From contig CAVQJC010000020.1 of assembly GCA_963712745.1 (NCBI GenBank), forward strand, positions 128,001-192,000: 64,000 nucleotides of DNA, written 5' to 3'. A program made the translations under genes and the position numbers. How positions within the stretch are numbered: position 1 is the stretch's first letter; each line of letters begins with the position of its first letter. The DNA is from an uncultured Chloroflexia bacterium. GTDB lineage: Bacteria; Chloroflexota; Limnocylindria; Limnocylindrales; CSP1-4. Below are positions 26,911 to 40,681 of the stretch, one piece after another. The notes under the pieces are model-generated. The model had not been told where the DNA came from, made no database searches, and saw only the letters and a program-made list of their open reading frames with translations.

Positions 26911-28089
26911 ATGCAGAACGTTCTCATCCTCGGCGGTGGCGTCGGCGGCACGCTCGTAGCCAACCTCATCAGTCGCAAGATCAAGAAGCAGATCGACGCC
27001 GGTGAGGCCAAGGTCACCGTCGTAGATGAGAAGGGCGAGCACGTCTACCAGCCCGGCTTCATGTACATCGCCATGGGCAACGAGGATCCCAAGTCTCTAC
27101 GCAAGCCGGAACGACGCCTGCTCGATGACCGCGTGGACCTGGTCATCGGTGAGATCACCGCGATCGACGAGGAGGCCAAGACGGTCTCCGTGGCGGATGG
27201 CAGCACCCTCGAATATGACCACCTGGTCATCGCTACCGGGTCGCGCATCCTGCCCGAGTCGATCGAGCACTTCGAGCAGGAGGCACACCATTTCTACAGC
27301 GAGGAGGCAGCACTGAAGCTGCGCCACGCGCTCGACACCTTCACCGGCGGGAAGGTCGTGGTCGGCATCGCGAGCATGCCCTACAAGTGCCCGCCGGCGC
27401 CGCTCGAGGTGGCCCTGCTCATCGAGGCCGAGCTGCGCGAGCGGGACCTTCGCGACAAGAGCGAGGTCCACTTCTGCTCACCCATCGCCCGGGCCTTCAC
27501 CATCGAAAGCGTGAGTGAGATGGTCACGCCCGAGCTCGAGAAGAAGGATATCGAGCTGCACACCTTCTTCAACGTCGAGACCATCGATGCCGAGCGCAAG
27601 GTCGTGGAGAGCCTCGAGGGCGAGGAGCTCGAATACGACCTGCTGGTGCTGGTGCCGCCGCACAAGGGCGCCCAGGTGCTGATGGACAGCGGCATCGCGC
27701 CCGCCCCCGGCGGCTGGCTGCCGACCGACCCCAAGACCCTCAACGTGGGCGACCGCCCCAACGTGTGGGCCCTCGGCGACGCCACCAACCTGCCCCTCTC
27801 GAAGGCCGGCTCCACGGCGCACTTCGAGGCACCGGTGGTGGCCGAACGAGTCTCGGCCATGGTGCAGCAGCGCAAACCGCACGCCAAGGAATCGATCTAC
27901 ACGGGCAAGGTCATGTGCTTCTTCGAGGTCGGCGACGGCAAGGGCACGCTGCTCCGCTTCGACTACGAGAACCCGCCCAAGCCGCCCAAGCCGAGCCGAC
28001 TGTGGCACGTGGGCAAGCTGGTCTTCAACAAGACCTACTACCGCATCGTGCCCAAGGGCCGAGGCGGCTCCATCGAGAAGCGCCTTTAG
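26911..28089 (+). CDS. sqr: Sulfide:quinone oxidoreductase-like flavoprotein
   Basis: GGGVGG, HVYQPG, YKCPPAP, ALGDA, SKAGS, VMCF. Confidence 0.82.
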   Translation: MQNVLILGGGVGGTLVANLISRKIKKQIDAGEAKVTVVDEKGEHVYQPGFMYIAMGNEDPKSLRKPERRLLDDRVDLVIGEITAIDEEAKTVSVADGSTLEYDHLVIATGSRILPESIEHFEQEAHHFYSEEAALKLRHALDTFTGGKVVVGIASMPYKCPPAPLEVALLIEAELRERDLRDKSEVHFCSPIARAFTIESVSEMVTPELEKKDIELHTFFNVETIDAERKVVESLEGEELEYDLLVLVPPHKGAQVLMDSGIAPAPGGWLPTDPKTLNVGDRPNVWALGDATNLPLSKAGSTAHFEAPVVAERVSAMVQQRKPHAKESIYTGKVMCFFEVGDGKGTLLRFDYENPPKPPKPSRLWHVGKLVFNKTYYRIVPKGRGGSIEKRL

Positions 28090-28189
28090 GACCGACCCCC
28101 TCGGTCATCGCTCCAGCGGACCCCGCCCTCTGACCGGGCGGGCTCCGCTCGTGTTCGGTACGGGTTCCGCTCGACGCTGACCGAGTGGC

Positions 28190-28257
28190 ACCGTCGGCCC
28201 GAGGCGCCGGGAAAGACCGTCGGCCCGAGGCGCCGGGAAAGACCGTCGACCCGGGGC
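28190..28257. repeat. 26-bp tandem repeat (two exact copies plus a degenerate partial copy)
   Basis: ACCGTCGGCCCGAGGCGCCGGGAAAG at 28190 and 28216; partial copy at 28242. Confidence 0.85.
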
Positions 28258-28300
28258 CCATCGCCCCTGAGCCCACTGCCACGAAGAACCAGGTGTCGGA

Positions 28301-29383
28301 TCAACGGGGCGACGGAGCCCGGGTCCCGGGAGCGGTGGGGCCCTCGGTCAGCTGACCCTCGGCTCGTTCGTCAGCCGCTGGCGGCCGCGCGGGTGCGCGT
28401 GTCTCGGCCACGATGACGGCCAGGATCTCACGCCAGCGCCCGTAGACGAAGTGGTGGCCCTCGTTGCGGTAGTACGTCGCCACCGCGTCCGGGAGCATCC
28501 GCTCGAGGTATTTGCCCATGCCCACGGGCACGACCTTGTCCTGGGCCCCGTGCCAGATGCGCACCGGCACCGTGACACCCCCTATGGGGAAGCCGAACGG
28601 GCGGGCCAGGCAGATGGCCTCGTCGTAGATCCCACGGTTACCCTGGCGGTACATCTCGTTGGCGTTGGCGATCATCACCGCGCGCAGCGCCGGATCGCCC
28701 AGGATCTGGCGATCGGCCTCGATCATGCCGCTGATGGCCTCGTCCAACTGCTTGTGCGGGTCCGACTTCTGCTGGCGCGACCACTGCCACATGGCCAGCG
28801 CGATGACCCAGGGTGCGTGGTCCGCGGTCCGCGACATGGCACGGTGGCGCCGCCAGGTGTAGCCGACCGAGCCGGGCGCGCCCGACAGAGGAGCGGGGGC
28901 GCTGATAAGCCCGACCACCGAGAAGCGCTCCGGCATCTGCCAGGCGCAGGCCAGCGCGTACGGGCCGCCGCCGGACCAGGCCACGATCGCACAGCGGTCG
29001 AGGCCGAGGATGTCGAGCAGCTCCGCGATGTCGCGCGGGTGATCGGTGACACGCCGGTTGGGCTGGCGCGTGGAGATGCCGATGCCGGGGCGGTCGACGG
29101 CGATGACGCGGGCGCCCAGCTCGGTGGCGATCTCGTCGTCGGGGTGGCGGACCACGCGGGATGAGCCGAACCCGTGGAAGAAGAGCACCGGCGTGCCGTC
29201 AGGGTCGCCGAAGTCGTCGAAGCCGAGAGCACGGCCGTCCGAGAGCGTGATCTGCCGCGACTTGGGGCCAAGCTCAACGAGCGACTCACGGAAACGGGCC
29301 CGGCGTCGGGCACGCCGCAACACACGCACACTACGGGGGCCGCGGCCGGGAAGTCGACGGCGCTGTCGCGAGCCTTCGTCCAT
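28301..29383 (-). CDS. Alpha/beta-hydrolase
   Basis: FFHG, DRPGIG, AWSGGG, WHGAQD, EGHH. Confidence 0.88.
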   Translation of the reverse strand: MDEGSRQRRRLPGRGPRSVRVLRRARRRARFRESLVELGPKSRQITLSDGRALGFDDFGDPDGTPVLFFHGFGSSRVVRHPDDEIATELGARVIAVDRPGIGISTRQPNRRVTDHPRDIAELLDILGLDRCAIVAWSGGGPYALACAWQMPERFSVVGLISAPAPLSGAPGSVGYTWRRHRAMSRTADHAPWVIALAMWQWSRQQKSDPHKQLDEAISGMIEADRQILGDPALRAVMIANANEMYRQGNRGIYDEAICLARPFGFPIGGVTVPVRIWHGAQDKVVPVGMGKYLERMLPDAVATYYRNEGHHFVYGRWREILAVIVAETRAPARPPAADERAEGQLTEGPTAPGTRAPSPR

Positions 29384-29455
29384 CGCGACCATCATGCCAC
29401 GGGGCAGCACAAGATTCCGCGTGGCGAACCCATGTGCGACGGGCGCGGCGAGGCG

Positions 29456-30106
29456 CTACCCCTCGTCGCCGCCCAGTTGCAGGTAGCGGAACAGCCCGGC
29501 CGCAGCGGCACCGCCGGCGAGCGTCGCCAGCAGGTAGATCCAGATGTCACCCCACGCGAAGACGCTCATGATCATGCCGCCGAGCATCACGGCCGGGTTG
29601 AACGCACCGCCCGAGATGCCGCCGACCGCATAGGCACCGGCGAGCACCGTGAAGCCGATGGCGAAGCCGAAGTAGTGGTTGCCCTCGGTGCCCTTGGCCG
29701 TGGCCACGTTGAGCACGACATAGACGAGCGCGAAGGTGAAGAGGAACTCCGCGAGCAATGCGGGGACGGCGTCGAGGTCACTGTTCAGCACCTCCGCCGG
29801 CATGGCGGGCTTCATGACCGTGACCGCGATGGCCGCCACCACGGCCGCCACCAGCTGCACCACCCAGTAGGCGATGGCGTCGTTGAGCTTGGTCGCACCG
29901 CGCAGCCACAGGCCCAACGTGATGGCCGGGTTGTAGTGCGCCCCGGAGATGTGGGCCCCCGCGTAGACCATCACGGCCAGGACCGTGCCGATGGCCAGAC
30001 CGCCCAGGTCGCCGGCCCCCGGGTCGATGACGACCATCCCCACGGTGAACACCAGGAAGAAGGTGCCGATGAACTCGACGACGAGTGCCTTTGGGTCGAT
30101 GGTCAT
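29456..30106 (-). CDS. Aquaporin (MIP family)
   Basis: SGAHYNPA and GGAFNPA; six TM segments. Confidence 0.93.
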   Translation of the reverse strand: MTIDPKALVVEFIGTFFLVFTVGMVVIDPGAGDLGGLAIGTVLAVMVYAGAHISGAHYNPAITLGLWLRGATKLNDAIAYWVVQLVAAVVAAIAVTVMKPAMPAEVLNSDLDAVPALLAEFLFTFALVYVVLNVATAKGTEGNHYFGFAIGFTVLAGAYAVGGISGGAFNPAVMLGGMIMSVFAWGDIWIYLLATLAGGAAAAGLFRYLQLGGDEG

Positions 30107-30230
30107 GACAGTCTCCCTCGCTCGGACGGCCGCGGGCTATCGGTCGCGCGCCCGGACACCGCGCTGGGGCGATGATATCCGCGTCGACGCCCGCCGTCCC
30201 GCCGCGCGGGTGCGTTTCGTCGATGTGTTG

Positions 30231-30788
30231 TCAGGCTCCTCGCGCAGCGCGCATGGCCTGGATGGCCGCGAGCTGGTCGCGGAACTCGTTGCGAACGTTG
30301 TCGACCTCGTCGGCGCGGAACCCGAGTTCCTTGCCGATCTCGTTGAGCTCAGCGACCTCGGCGGCGGTGATGGTGTCGTCGGCAGCACCGACCGCGAAAG
30401 CCGTGCGCAACAGGTCCTCACGCTGCTCCCGGGTGGAGTTGTTGGCGAACTCACGGGTGACCACGAAGTCGTCGGTCGCACCATAGAGCTCGGCCATGTT
30501 GCGGGCCATCTCCACCACCAGCACGGCCTGCGGCTCGCTGAGGTGGCCGACCTCCACCACCGCCTGCTCCATCGAACGCACCTCGGCCTCGCTGATGTCG
30601 AGGTCGGCATGGGCAGCGCGAGCGAGGACGTAGGCGAAGCCGGCGATGAAGCGCCGCTGGTCGATGGGCAGGGCATCGATCTGGCCGGCGATGCGACGGA
30701 TGGATTGGGTCTCACCGGCATTCGAGACCTCCGGGCCCTCCGAGTGCTCGGGTTCGCTTGGGCCACCGAAGAGGCTGCGCAGGACCAT
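30231..30788 (-). CDS. TerB family protein
   Basis: AHADLDISEAE and VGAADDTITAAE acidic motifs. Confidence 0.8.
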   Translation of the reverse strand: MVLRSLFGGPSEPEHSEGPEVSNAGETQSIRRIAGQIDALPIDQRRFIAGFAYVLARAAHADLDISEAEVRSMEQAVVEVGHLSEPQAVLVVEMARNMAELYGATDDFVVTREFANNSTREQREDLLRTAFAVGAADDTITAAEVAELNEIGKELGFRADEVDNVRNEFRDQLAAIQAMRAARGA

Positions 30789-30904
30789 GGGTTACCTCGT
30801 TGTGTTCTGGGGATGCCTCGGCACCAAGGACGCTAGCACGGACGGGCGAGCGGCGGGGAACCGCTGCCCCTCGGTTGCAGCTGCCCCTCGGTTACACTCG
30901 CCCG

Positions 30905-31768
30905 GTGACCGACTCCCCCAGCCCGCGCGAAGCCCGTCCTCCAAGCGCTATGCCGCGTAGCCCGGCGACCCGTGAGCTGGGCATGCGTGCGACGCTGCTC
31001 TTCCCCACACGTGAGATCGTCGAGCAGTACTACGTACCGCTGATCTACACGGCCTGCCGTACCTGCTACAGCGAGCTCGAGCCACAGGACATCTTCGAAC
31101 GCGCTACCGGCGGCCGCGTCGCAGCCGAGAAGCAGCAGGATCTGGTCCGCCGGGTCATCGATTCGGGCCACGGTTCGACCATCGAGCACATCGTCTTCAC
31201 GTTCGCCGTGTCGGGTGTGACACGTACGCTCTCGCACCAGCTCGTCCGCCATCGGGCTGGCCTGGCTTTCGACCAGCAGTCACAGCGTTACGTCAAGTAC
31301 AAGGAGCCCAGCTACATGGTTCCGGGCTCGGTCAGCGACGCTGACGATGAGGTTCGACAGAGCTTCGAGGACCAGCTCTCGGGCTCGCTCCAGGTCTACG
31401 AGGACATGCTGCAGGCGGGCATCCCCGGGGAGGACGCGCGTTTCGTCATGCCCAACGCCACGCGCACCAATCTCGTCATGACCACCAACCTGCGGGCGCT
31501 CATCCACATGTCCGGATTGCGCCTGTGCACCATGGCTCAGTGGGAGATCCGGCGGCTGTTCCAGCTCATCCGCCACGAGATCTTCACCGTCAGCCCGTTC
31601 CTGGGCTCGTTCCTCGCGCCCAAGTGCGTGCCGCTCGGCTACTGCGACGAGGACCGCAATCGCGACGAGCACTGCCCCATCCGGCCGCACAAGGACAACG
31701 TGCTCGGAGCGTGGGCCGAGAAGAAGGCCGCGGCCAAAGCGGCTGGGCGCGACCTGCCGACGCTGTAA
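30905..31768 (+). CDS. thyX: FAD-dependent thymidylate synthase
   Basis: GHGSTIEH, HQLVRHR-x7-S (QSQRY), EDARF, AQWEIR. Confidence 0.93.
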   Translation: MTDSPSPREARPPSAMPRSPATRELGMRATLLFPTREIVEQYYVPLIYTACRTCYSELEPQDIFERATGGRVAAEKQQDLVRRVIDSGHGSTIEHIVFTFAVSGVTRTLSHQLVRHRAGLAFDQQSQRYVKYKEPSYMVPGSVSDADDEVRQSFEDQLSGSLQVYEDMLQAGIPGEDARFVMPNATRTNLVMTTNLRALIHMSGLRLCTMAQWEIRRLFQLIRHEIFTVSPFLGSFLAPKCVPLGYCDEDRNRDEHCPIRPHKDNVLGAWAEKKAAAKAAGRDLPTL

Positions 31769-31795
31769 CGCCCACGCAGGACGGGGCGGCCTGCG

Positions 31796-32635
31796 CTAGG
31801 CCTCCAACTCCTCCACGAAGCGACCGATGACGCGGGCCAGCCGAGGGCCGGCCGCATCCGCGGCCTCGACCACCTCGGCGTGGGTCAGTGGCGTGGGCGA
31901 GAGTCCGGCGCCGGCGTTGGTCACCAGTGAGACGCCGCAGACGCGCATGCCCGCCCAGTGCGCCGCCACAGCTTCCATCACCGTGGACATGCCCACGGCG
32001 TCCGCACCAAGGCCCCCGATCATGCGTACTTCCGCGGGGGTCTCGTAGGTGGGCCCGGTGAGCCCGAGGTAGATGCCCTCGGCGAGGGCCACGTCCACGG
32101 CTCGCCCGGCCGACTGCAGGCGCTCGCGCAGCTCACTGTCCCAGACCCCGGTCATATCCGGGAAGCGGGGACCCAGGCGATCGTCATTGGGACCTATGAG
32201 CGGGTTGCGCCCGGTGAGGTTGATGTGATCACGCATGACCATCAGGGTGCCCGCGCCGAGGGCCGGGTTCACGCCACCCGACGCGTTGGTCAGCAGCAGG
32301 ACCGGCGCACCAAGGCGGCCGAGCAGCAGCGCCGGCTCTACGACCAGCCGCTCGCTCAGCCCTTCGTACATGTGCAGGCGACCACGCAAGCAGGCTACGG
32401 GCGCGCCACGCAGCATGCCCATGATCAAGCGGCCGCTGTGACCAGGCACCGACGGCGCCGGCCAGCCGGGCATCTCCTCGAACGGGATCTCGGCTGAGTC
32501 AGTGATCTCGTCGGCCAGTCCGCCAAGGCCGGAGCCCAGGACCAGGCCCAGCCGTGGGACGAGGTCCGTCTCGTCTCGGACGCGTGCCTCGAGCTCGTCG
32601 AGTCGCTGACTGTACGGAACGATCGGATGGGACAT
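31796..32635 (-). CDS. punA: Purine-nucleoside phosphorylase (trimeric type)
   Basis: LGSGLG, GRLHMYEG, GPTYETPAE, VGMST. Confidence 0.92.
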   Translation of the reverse strand: MSHPIVPYSQRLDELEARVRDETDLVPRLGLVLGSGLGGLADEITDSAEIPFEEMPGWPAPSVPGHSGRLIMGMLRGAPVACLRGRLHMYEGLSERLVVEPALLLGRLGAPVLLLTNASGGVNPALGAGTLMVMRDHINLTGRNPLIGPNDDRLGPRFPDMTGVWDSELRERLQSAGRAVDVALAEGIYLGLTGPTYETPAEVRMIGGLGADAVGMSTVMEAVAAHWAGMRVCGVSLVTNAGAGLSPTPLTHAEVVEAADAAGPRLARVIGRFVEELEA

Positions 32636-32950
32636 CGGGCGCACTCCTGTGGCTGCTCCACCACAGGGTAGCCCGCGCCGGGCGCAACGAAGTGCCCGGA
32701 GCGACCTTCACGCTCTCCCGGGATCCGCCTTGATGCGATCTCAGCGGCTCCGAGTGCCGGTTCGCGTTGATGTGATCGCAGCGCTCCTGGCGTCGTGCCT
32801 GGCCCCTCCGGGCAAGACCAACTATGCCTCCGTGGTCGGCCACGGTCAATCGAGTTGTCCACGAGTTGACGCCATCCTCGCTGTCGCTATCCACCGATCC
32901 GGCAGCACTGTGGACGAGCGGTGGAGAAATCCGACGGGGGCGAGCGGCGC

Positions 32951-33652
32951 TCAGTGAGCGCGACGGCGGGCGCGGACCAGGATGGTGTGCGCGTAGCGGT
33001 CGTGGAACCCCTGCTTGCTCGGGCTTTGCGCGATGGTGTAGAGCAGGAAGAGCAACCAGGCCATGCCCACGACAGCCAGGATGAGGCCGACGGCGCTGGG
33101 TACGTACACCACCAGCGAGGTCAGCAGAGCGGGGATACCGACGATCAGCCAGCGAACGAGCGAGTGGCGCAAGATGAGCGGGGATCCGTCGCGCTCGTCT
33201 CCGATGCGCAGGCCCAGCAGGCGCATCCCCACGGTCACGCCCGCGTACGTCCACAACCCCGCGAAGTAGGCCAGGCTGATGCCCAGCTGCAGCACCAGCA
33301 CTACCAGGAAAGCCAGCAGATCCAGCTCTCCGCCGGGAGCGTCGATGGCGCCAGGCTCGCTGACCAGGCCGCCGAAGAGCCAGGCCAGCGCGAAACCCAC
33401 CAGCGAGAGCACGATGATGTCGATGACGAGGGCCATGATGCGGTTGGGCACATCAGCGAGATAGAGCCCTGCTGGGCCCGGTGTCCGCGCGGTCGAGGTG
33501 ATGGTCCGCGTCAGCCCGCGGGAACTCCCGGCCCCGACCCCCGCGGCCACGACGGCTTCATCTTCGGGAACGCCATCACCTGGCGTCTCCTCCCAGATGG
33601 CCTCCTGCTCGGGCCCGGGATCATCACCCTGGGGCAGTCCCGACGTGGTCAT
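32951..33652 (-). CDS. RDD family membrane protein
   Basis: R..A..ID, TVGMRLLGLR, QGFHDRYAHT. Confidence 0.85.
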   Translation of the reverse strand: MTTSGLPQGDDPGPEQEAIWEETPGDGVPEDEAVVAAGVGAGSSRGLTRTITSTARTPGPAGLYLADVPNRIMALVIDIIVLSLVGFALAWLFGGLVSEPGAIDAPGGELDLLAFLVVLVLQLGISLAYFAGLWTYAGVTVGMRLLGLRIGDERDGSPLILRHSLVRWLIVGIPALLTSLVVYVPSAVGLILAVVGMAWLLFLLYTIAQSPSKQGFHDRYAHTILVRARRRAH

Positions 33653-33752
33653 CGCTGGCCTCCTGCGGCGCGCAGCCCAGCGCCATCCGGGGGCGCGGGG
33701 CACGACGCGTCCCGGTCAGGATACCCGTCCGTCCATGGCATGAGCGACCAAT

Positions 33753-34768
<1,016 letters not shown>

Positions 34769-34772
<4 letters not shown>

Positions 34773-35200
34773 GGATTGCGGATGGGTCGCGAGGCAGCCC
34801 GGCCGAACTCTCGTCGCTCTACTCCCCGCCCCATCCAACCGATGACGACCGAGGCGACACCGAGCAGGACATGGCCCAGCTGATCGAAGCCTGAGGTTGG
34901 CGCATCGTAGAGCCCGAGGAGGTCGCTGCTGACGAGGCTGAGGACGCCAGTGACGAGATAGAAGAGGCCCAGGCCAACCAGGCCGAAGGCCCGGTTGCGG
35001 CCATTGAGAGCGATGCCCACGTGCAGGAACAGTGCCCCGGTCACGAGGTGGACCAGGTCGTGGCCGAAGCCGGTCACGATGATACCGGTGTCCCCCGATC
35101 CGCCCGCGATGGGAGTGCCCACGGAGCCCGCGAGGCCGAGCGCCACCAGGATCGTGCCGACCACGACCGCGAACGTGCGCTCCAGTCCCATCGAGCCCAT
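34769..35200 (-). CDS. DUF4383-like four-TM membrane protein
   Basis: HDLVHLVTG and LGH motifs; AGGAGG RBS; stop overlaps the moaA start. Confidence 0.65.
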
Positions 35201-35262
35201 CGGGCCTCCTGTCTCGTACCAAGCTCGGCCGGCCGAGACGTGGCTGGCCACCGGAGGCGAGA

Positions 35263-37242
<1,980 letters not shown>

Positions 37243-37375
37243 GTGGCTCCTCCTCCGCTCGTCCCTGGGCGCCTCGGATCGCGGCGTCGCTCGAAGCGCG
37301 CAGGATAGGCGAACGCGCGACCTCCTGCGAGGCCGCGCGTCTTCGTCCGGCGGACGCCGCCTGGGAGCGCCGCCA

Positions 37376-37858
37376 TCAGGAGCCGGGTTTGTCGTCTCCG
37401 GGGATGTCAGGGGGTGTGCTGGCAGCCGCCGGATCGCTATCACTGCCAGGGGCCGTGGGCGAGGTACCGCGCGGGACCTGGCCGCTGGACACCGACGCCT
37501 GCGTGCCACCGGAGCCGCCATACCTCGGGGCGCCGGACGGGTAGTAGCGCTGGGCAGACTCGGCGGCCGTTCCGCGATTGCCCCACAGGCCGAACCACTT
37601 GGAGATGTCGAGGAAGAGGCCTATCAGGATCCACATCCAGTCCCAGCCTTCGATGTTGGCGCCACCAGCGAGGGCGGGCTGCCAGGCGAGCAGGAACATG
37701 ATGGTGGTGAAGGGCAGGAAGATGATGCCAAGCAGCGGCATGATCCAGTTGCCCTGCCAGACCACTTCCCAGCGATCACTGAAGATCCAGGCCAGGACCA
37801 GCACCACGCGCGGCGCGACCGCGATGCTGAAGGCCAGTAGACAACCGAGCAAGATCAT
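37376..37858 (-). CDS. Hypothetical membrane protein
   Basis: Three hydrophobic segments ([10 protein letters not shown]) and a low-complexity tail; RBS present. Confidence 0.65.
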   Translation of the reverse strand: MILLGCLLAFSIAVAPRVVLVLAWIFSDRWEVVWQGNWIMPLLGIIFLPFTTIMFLLAWQPALAGGANIEGWDWMWILIGLFLDISKWFGLWGNRGTAAESAQRYYPSGAPRYGGSGGTQASVSSGQVPRGTSPTAPGSDSDPAAASTPPDIPGDDKPGS

Positions 37859-37888
37859 CGGGTTCCCTCTCCTCTACGTGTGGGCATC

Positions 37889-38690
37889 CTACCTGCCGGC
37901 GTCTACCCTCGAACCGCCCGGTTCGGGTGATACGGCGCCTCCCGTGTCGTCGCCCGCAGGCCCCACGGGAGGCGGGACGATGGCCTCGACCGCCTCCCGT
38001 GGGGCCAGGAAAGCGTTGGCCAGGAAGCCCGTGAGGGTGCCGAACACGCCCACACCGACCACGATGATGAGCCCGCCGATGACCCGGCCCGCGTCGGTGA
38101 CCGGGAAGTAGTCGCCGTAGCCCACGGTGGACATCGTCACCAGCAGGTACCAGACGGCGTCCGCAGCCGTCTCGATGTTGGCATTCTCGGCGCCGCTCTC
38201 GACCCACAGGATGGCCAGCGAACCGAACTCGAAGACCAGGATGGCCACCAGCAGCACCGAGAGCAGCCCGCCGGCTGCGCGATTCGAGAAGAAGGCCTTG
38301 AGCCCCTTGATGGGTCCACCCAGGCGTCGCATGATCGCTCATCACGCGCACGATGCGGAGGATGCGCAGGACGCGCAGCACCGGGAAGGCGGCCAGGAGA
38401 TCGATCCAGCCGGAGCCCCGCAGGAAGTAGCGGCGTCGGTCCTGCGCAACCACCAGACGGCGGCCCAGATCGAGCAGGAAGATCACCGTCAGGATCGAGT
38501 CCATGATGATGAACACCTGGTCCAGGTGCGGGTTCCTGAACAGGCCGATGAAGACGAGGTTGAAGACCGAGAGGATGGAGATGCCTAGGATGAAGACCTC
38601 CCAGGCGGGAGAGAGCAGGACCTCACCGTTCTCCTGCTGGCTGGTCCACTCGATCTGCTCGAGGTGTCGGTCGATGTCCATGTCCGCCAT
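37889..38690 (-). CDS. Voltage-gated-type K+ channel; apparent frameshift near 38337
   Basis: S4-like LRVLRILRIVR in one frame, TVGYGD filter in the next. Confidence 0.82.
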
Positions 38691-38881
38691 TGACTGCCTC
38701 TCCTCTGACTGCGCGGACTGGGCCCGCCGCGTTTCGCCTCATGCGCAGGCTGTTGCGCTCCGGACCGTATCTTCGGTGACCTGACCTGCGGCCAGCAAGT
38801 GTGCGCCAGGCGCCGCGGTCCTGGCCGCAAGTAGCGCCCTGAGGCTCCTGGGCCGGTGAGCAGGAGATACCATCGGAACCC

Positions 38882-40681
38882 ATGACCTCAGCCGACGCGA
38901 GCGTGCCACCCAAGGCTGCGCGGCCCTCGGCTCGCGAGCTTCTGGGCCGCTATGTGCCCATCACCGCCTGGCTCCCCCGCTATCCGAGGGCGTGGCTGGG
39001 CAAGGACATCGCCGCGGGCATCACCTCCTGGGCGGTGATGGTGCCGGTGTCCATGGCCTACGCGGAGCTGGCCGGCGTGCCTGCGGGCGTGGGCCTCATC
39101 ACGGCCACGGCCGGCCTCACGGCCTACGCCATCCTGGGCACCAGCCGCCACGCCAAGGTGACCACCAGCTCGACCATGGCCGTGATGTCCGCGTCCGTCG
39201 TAGCTCCCGCGGCCGCTGGCGATGCGGCTACCTACACGGCCATGACGGCCATGCTGGCCATCATCGTGGGCGTCTACCTGCTCGCAGCCGGCATCCTCAA
39301 GCTCGGCTTCCTGGCCGAGTTCCTGGCCAAGCCGGTCATCACCGGCTTTATCGTCGGGCTGGCCATCACCATCGCGGTGGGCCAGCTGCCCAAGCTCCTC
39401 GGCGTCGAGGGCAGCGATGGCAATGTCTTCGATCAGCTGGCCCACCTCATCGGGGAGCTGCCCGAGACGAACGTCATCTCACTGGCCCTGGGCCTGGCGG
39501 CCATGGTCATCATCATCGCCGCCCGGGCCATCGACCGGCGCATACCCGGGCCGCTCATCGCCGTCATCGGCGCCATCCTGCTCTCGACCGCCCTGGACCT
39601 GGCCGACGAGGGCGTGGCAGTGGTCGGCGACATCTCTGGCGGCGTGTCCGCCCCGGGCGTACCCGATGTCAGCCTCGGCGACCTCGCCTACCTGGCCACC
39701 GGCGCGGCCGGCATCATGTTCCTCGCCCTGGCCGAGTCACTGGCGGCGTCACGTGCCTTTGCCAACCGTCATGGCTACCGCATCGAGCCCGACCAGGAAC
39801 TCATCGCACTGGGCGGTTCGAACGCTGCCAGCGGCCTGGCGGGCGGGTTCGCAGTGGACGCCAGCGTCAGCTCCATGGCCGCGGGCGAGGCCGCCGGCAA
39901 CAAGTCGCAGCTGGCCTCGCTGGTCACAGCTGCGGGCATGGTCCTGACCATCGTCATCCTTTCTCCAGTGTTCACCAACCTGCCCCAGTCACTGCTGGCG
40001 GCGGTCATCATCACCTCCGTCATCAGCCTCGTCGACTTCGCTGAGTGGCGGCGCTATGTCCAGTGGCGCAAGACGGACGCCGCCCTCGCGCTCATCGCGG
40101 CTATCGGGGTCCTGACCACCGACGTCCTCGTCGGCCTGGTCATCGCGGCCCTCGTGTCGGTGGTGATCCTGCTGTACACCGCCAGCAAGCCAGCCATGGC
40201 TACCCTCGGCCGGCTGCCTGGACCGCACCAGCACTTCGTCGATGCCGGTCGCAACCCCGAAGCCGAGTCTATCGAAGGGCTGCTGATGCTTCGCTTGGAC
40301 ACGCCGCTCTACTACTTCAACGCTACCGCCGTCTCCGACCGGGTCCTGCGGGCGGTCGACGCGGCGGACGAGGTACCCAGGGCCGTGCTGCTCGACATCG
40401 AGGCCACCATCGAGCTCGACGTGACCACCTCCGATGCGCTGTACGGCCTCATCGGGGCCCTCGAAGAACGCGGCACCTACCTGGTCATCGTGCACGCCAA
40501 GGGCAGCGTTCGCGACCGGATGCGCAAGGTCGGCCTGATCGAGCGCCTCGGCTCGAGGGGCATGTACCCCAGCGAGCGCATCGCGGTCGAGGCTCTGGCC
40601 GAAGCACCTGAGGACGGCGCCGACGCAGTCGTCGACGCTGAGCCCGAGAGCCCGCCGCCGCCACTAGACTCGGACCGATGA
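38882..40681 (+). CDS. SulP family anion transporter with STAS domain
   Basis: DIAAG..VPVSMAYA.LAG, QELIALG..N, PLYYFNA. Confidence 0.92.
   Translation: MTSADASVPPKAARPSARELLGRYVPITAWLPRYPRAWLGKDIAAGITSWAVMVPVSMAYAELAGVPAGVGLITATAGLTAYAILGTSRHAKVTTSSTMAVMSASVVAPAAAGDAATYTAMTAMLAIIVGVYLLAAGILKLGFLAEFLAKPVITGFIVGLAITIAVGQLPKLLGVEGSDGNVFDQLAHLIGELPETNVISLALGLAAMVIIIAARAIDRRIPGPLIAVIGAILLSTALDLADEGVAVVGDISGGVSAPGVPDVSLGDLAYLATGAAGIMFLALAESLAASRAFANRHGYRIEPDQELIALGGSNAASGLAGGFAVDASVSSMAAGEAAGNKSQLASLVTAAGMVLTIVILSPVFTNLPQSLLAAVIITSVISLVDFAEWRRYVQWRKTDAALALIAAIGVLTTDVLVGLVIAALVSVVILLYTASKPAMATLGRLPGPHQHFVDAGRNPEAESIEGLLMLRLDTPLYYFNATAVSDRVLRAVDAADEVPRAVLLDIEATIELDVTTSDALYGLIGALEERGTYLVIVHAKGSVRDRMRKVGLIERLGSRGMYPSERIAVEALAEAPEDGADAVVDAEPESPPPPLDSDR

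Noticed and set aside
28190-28257. CRISPR array
   Set aside because: Repeats are head-to-tail with no spacers and no cas genes are present.
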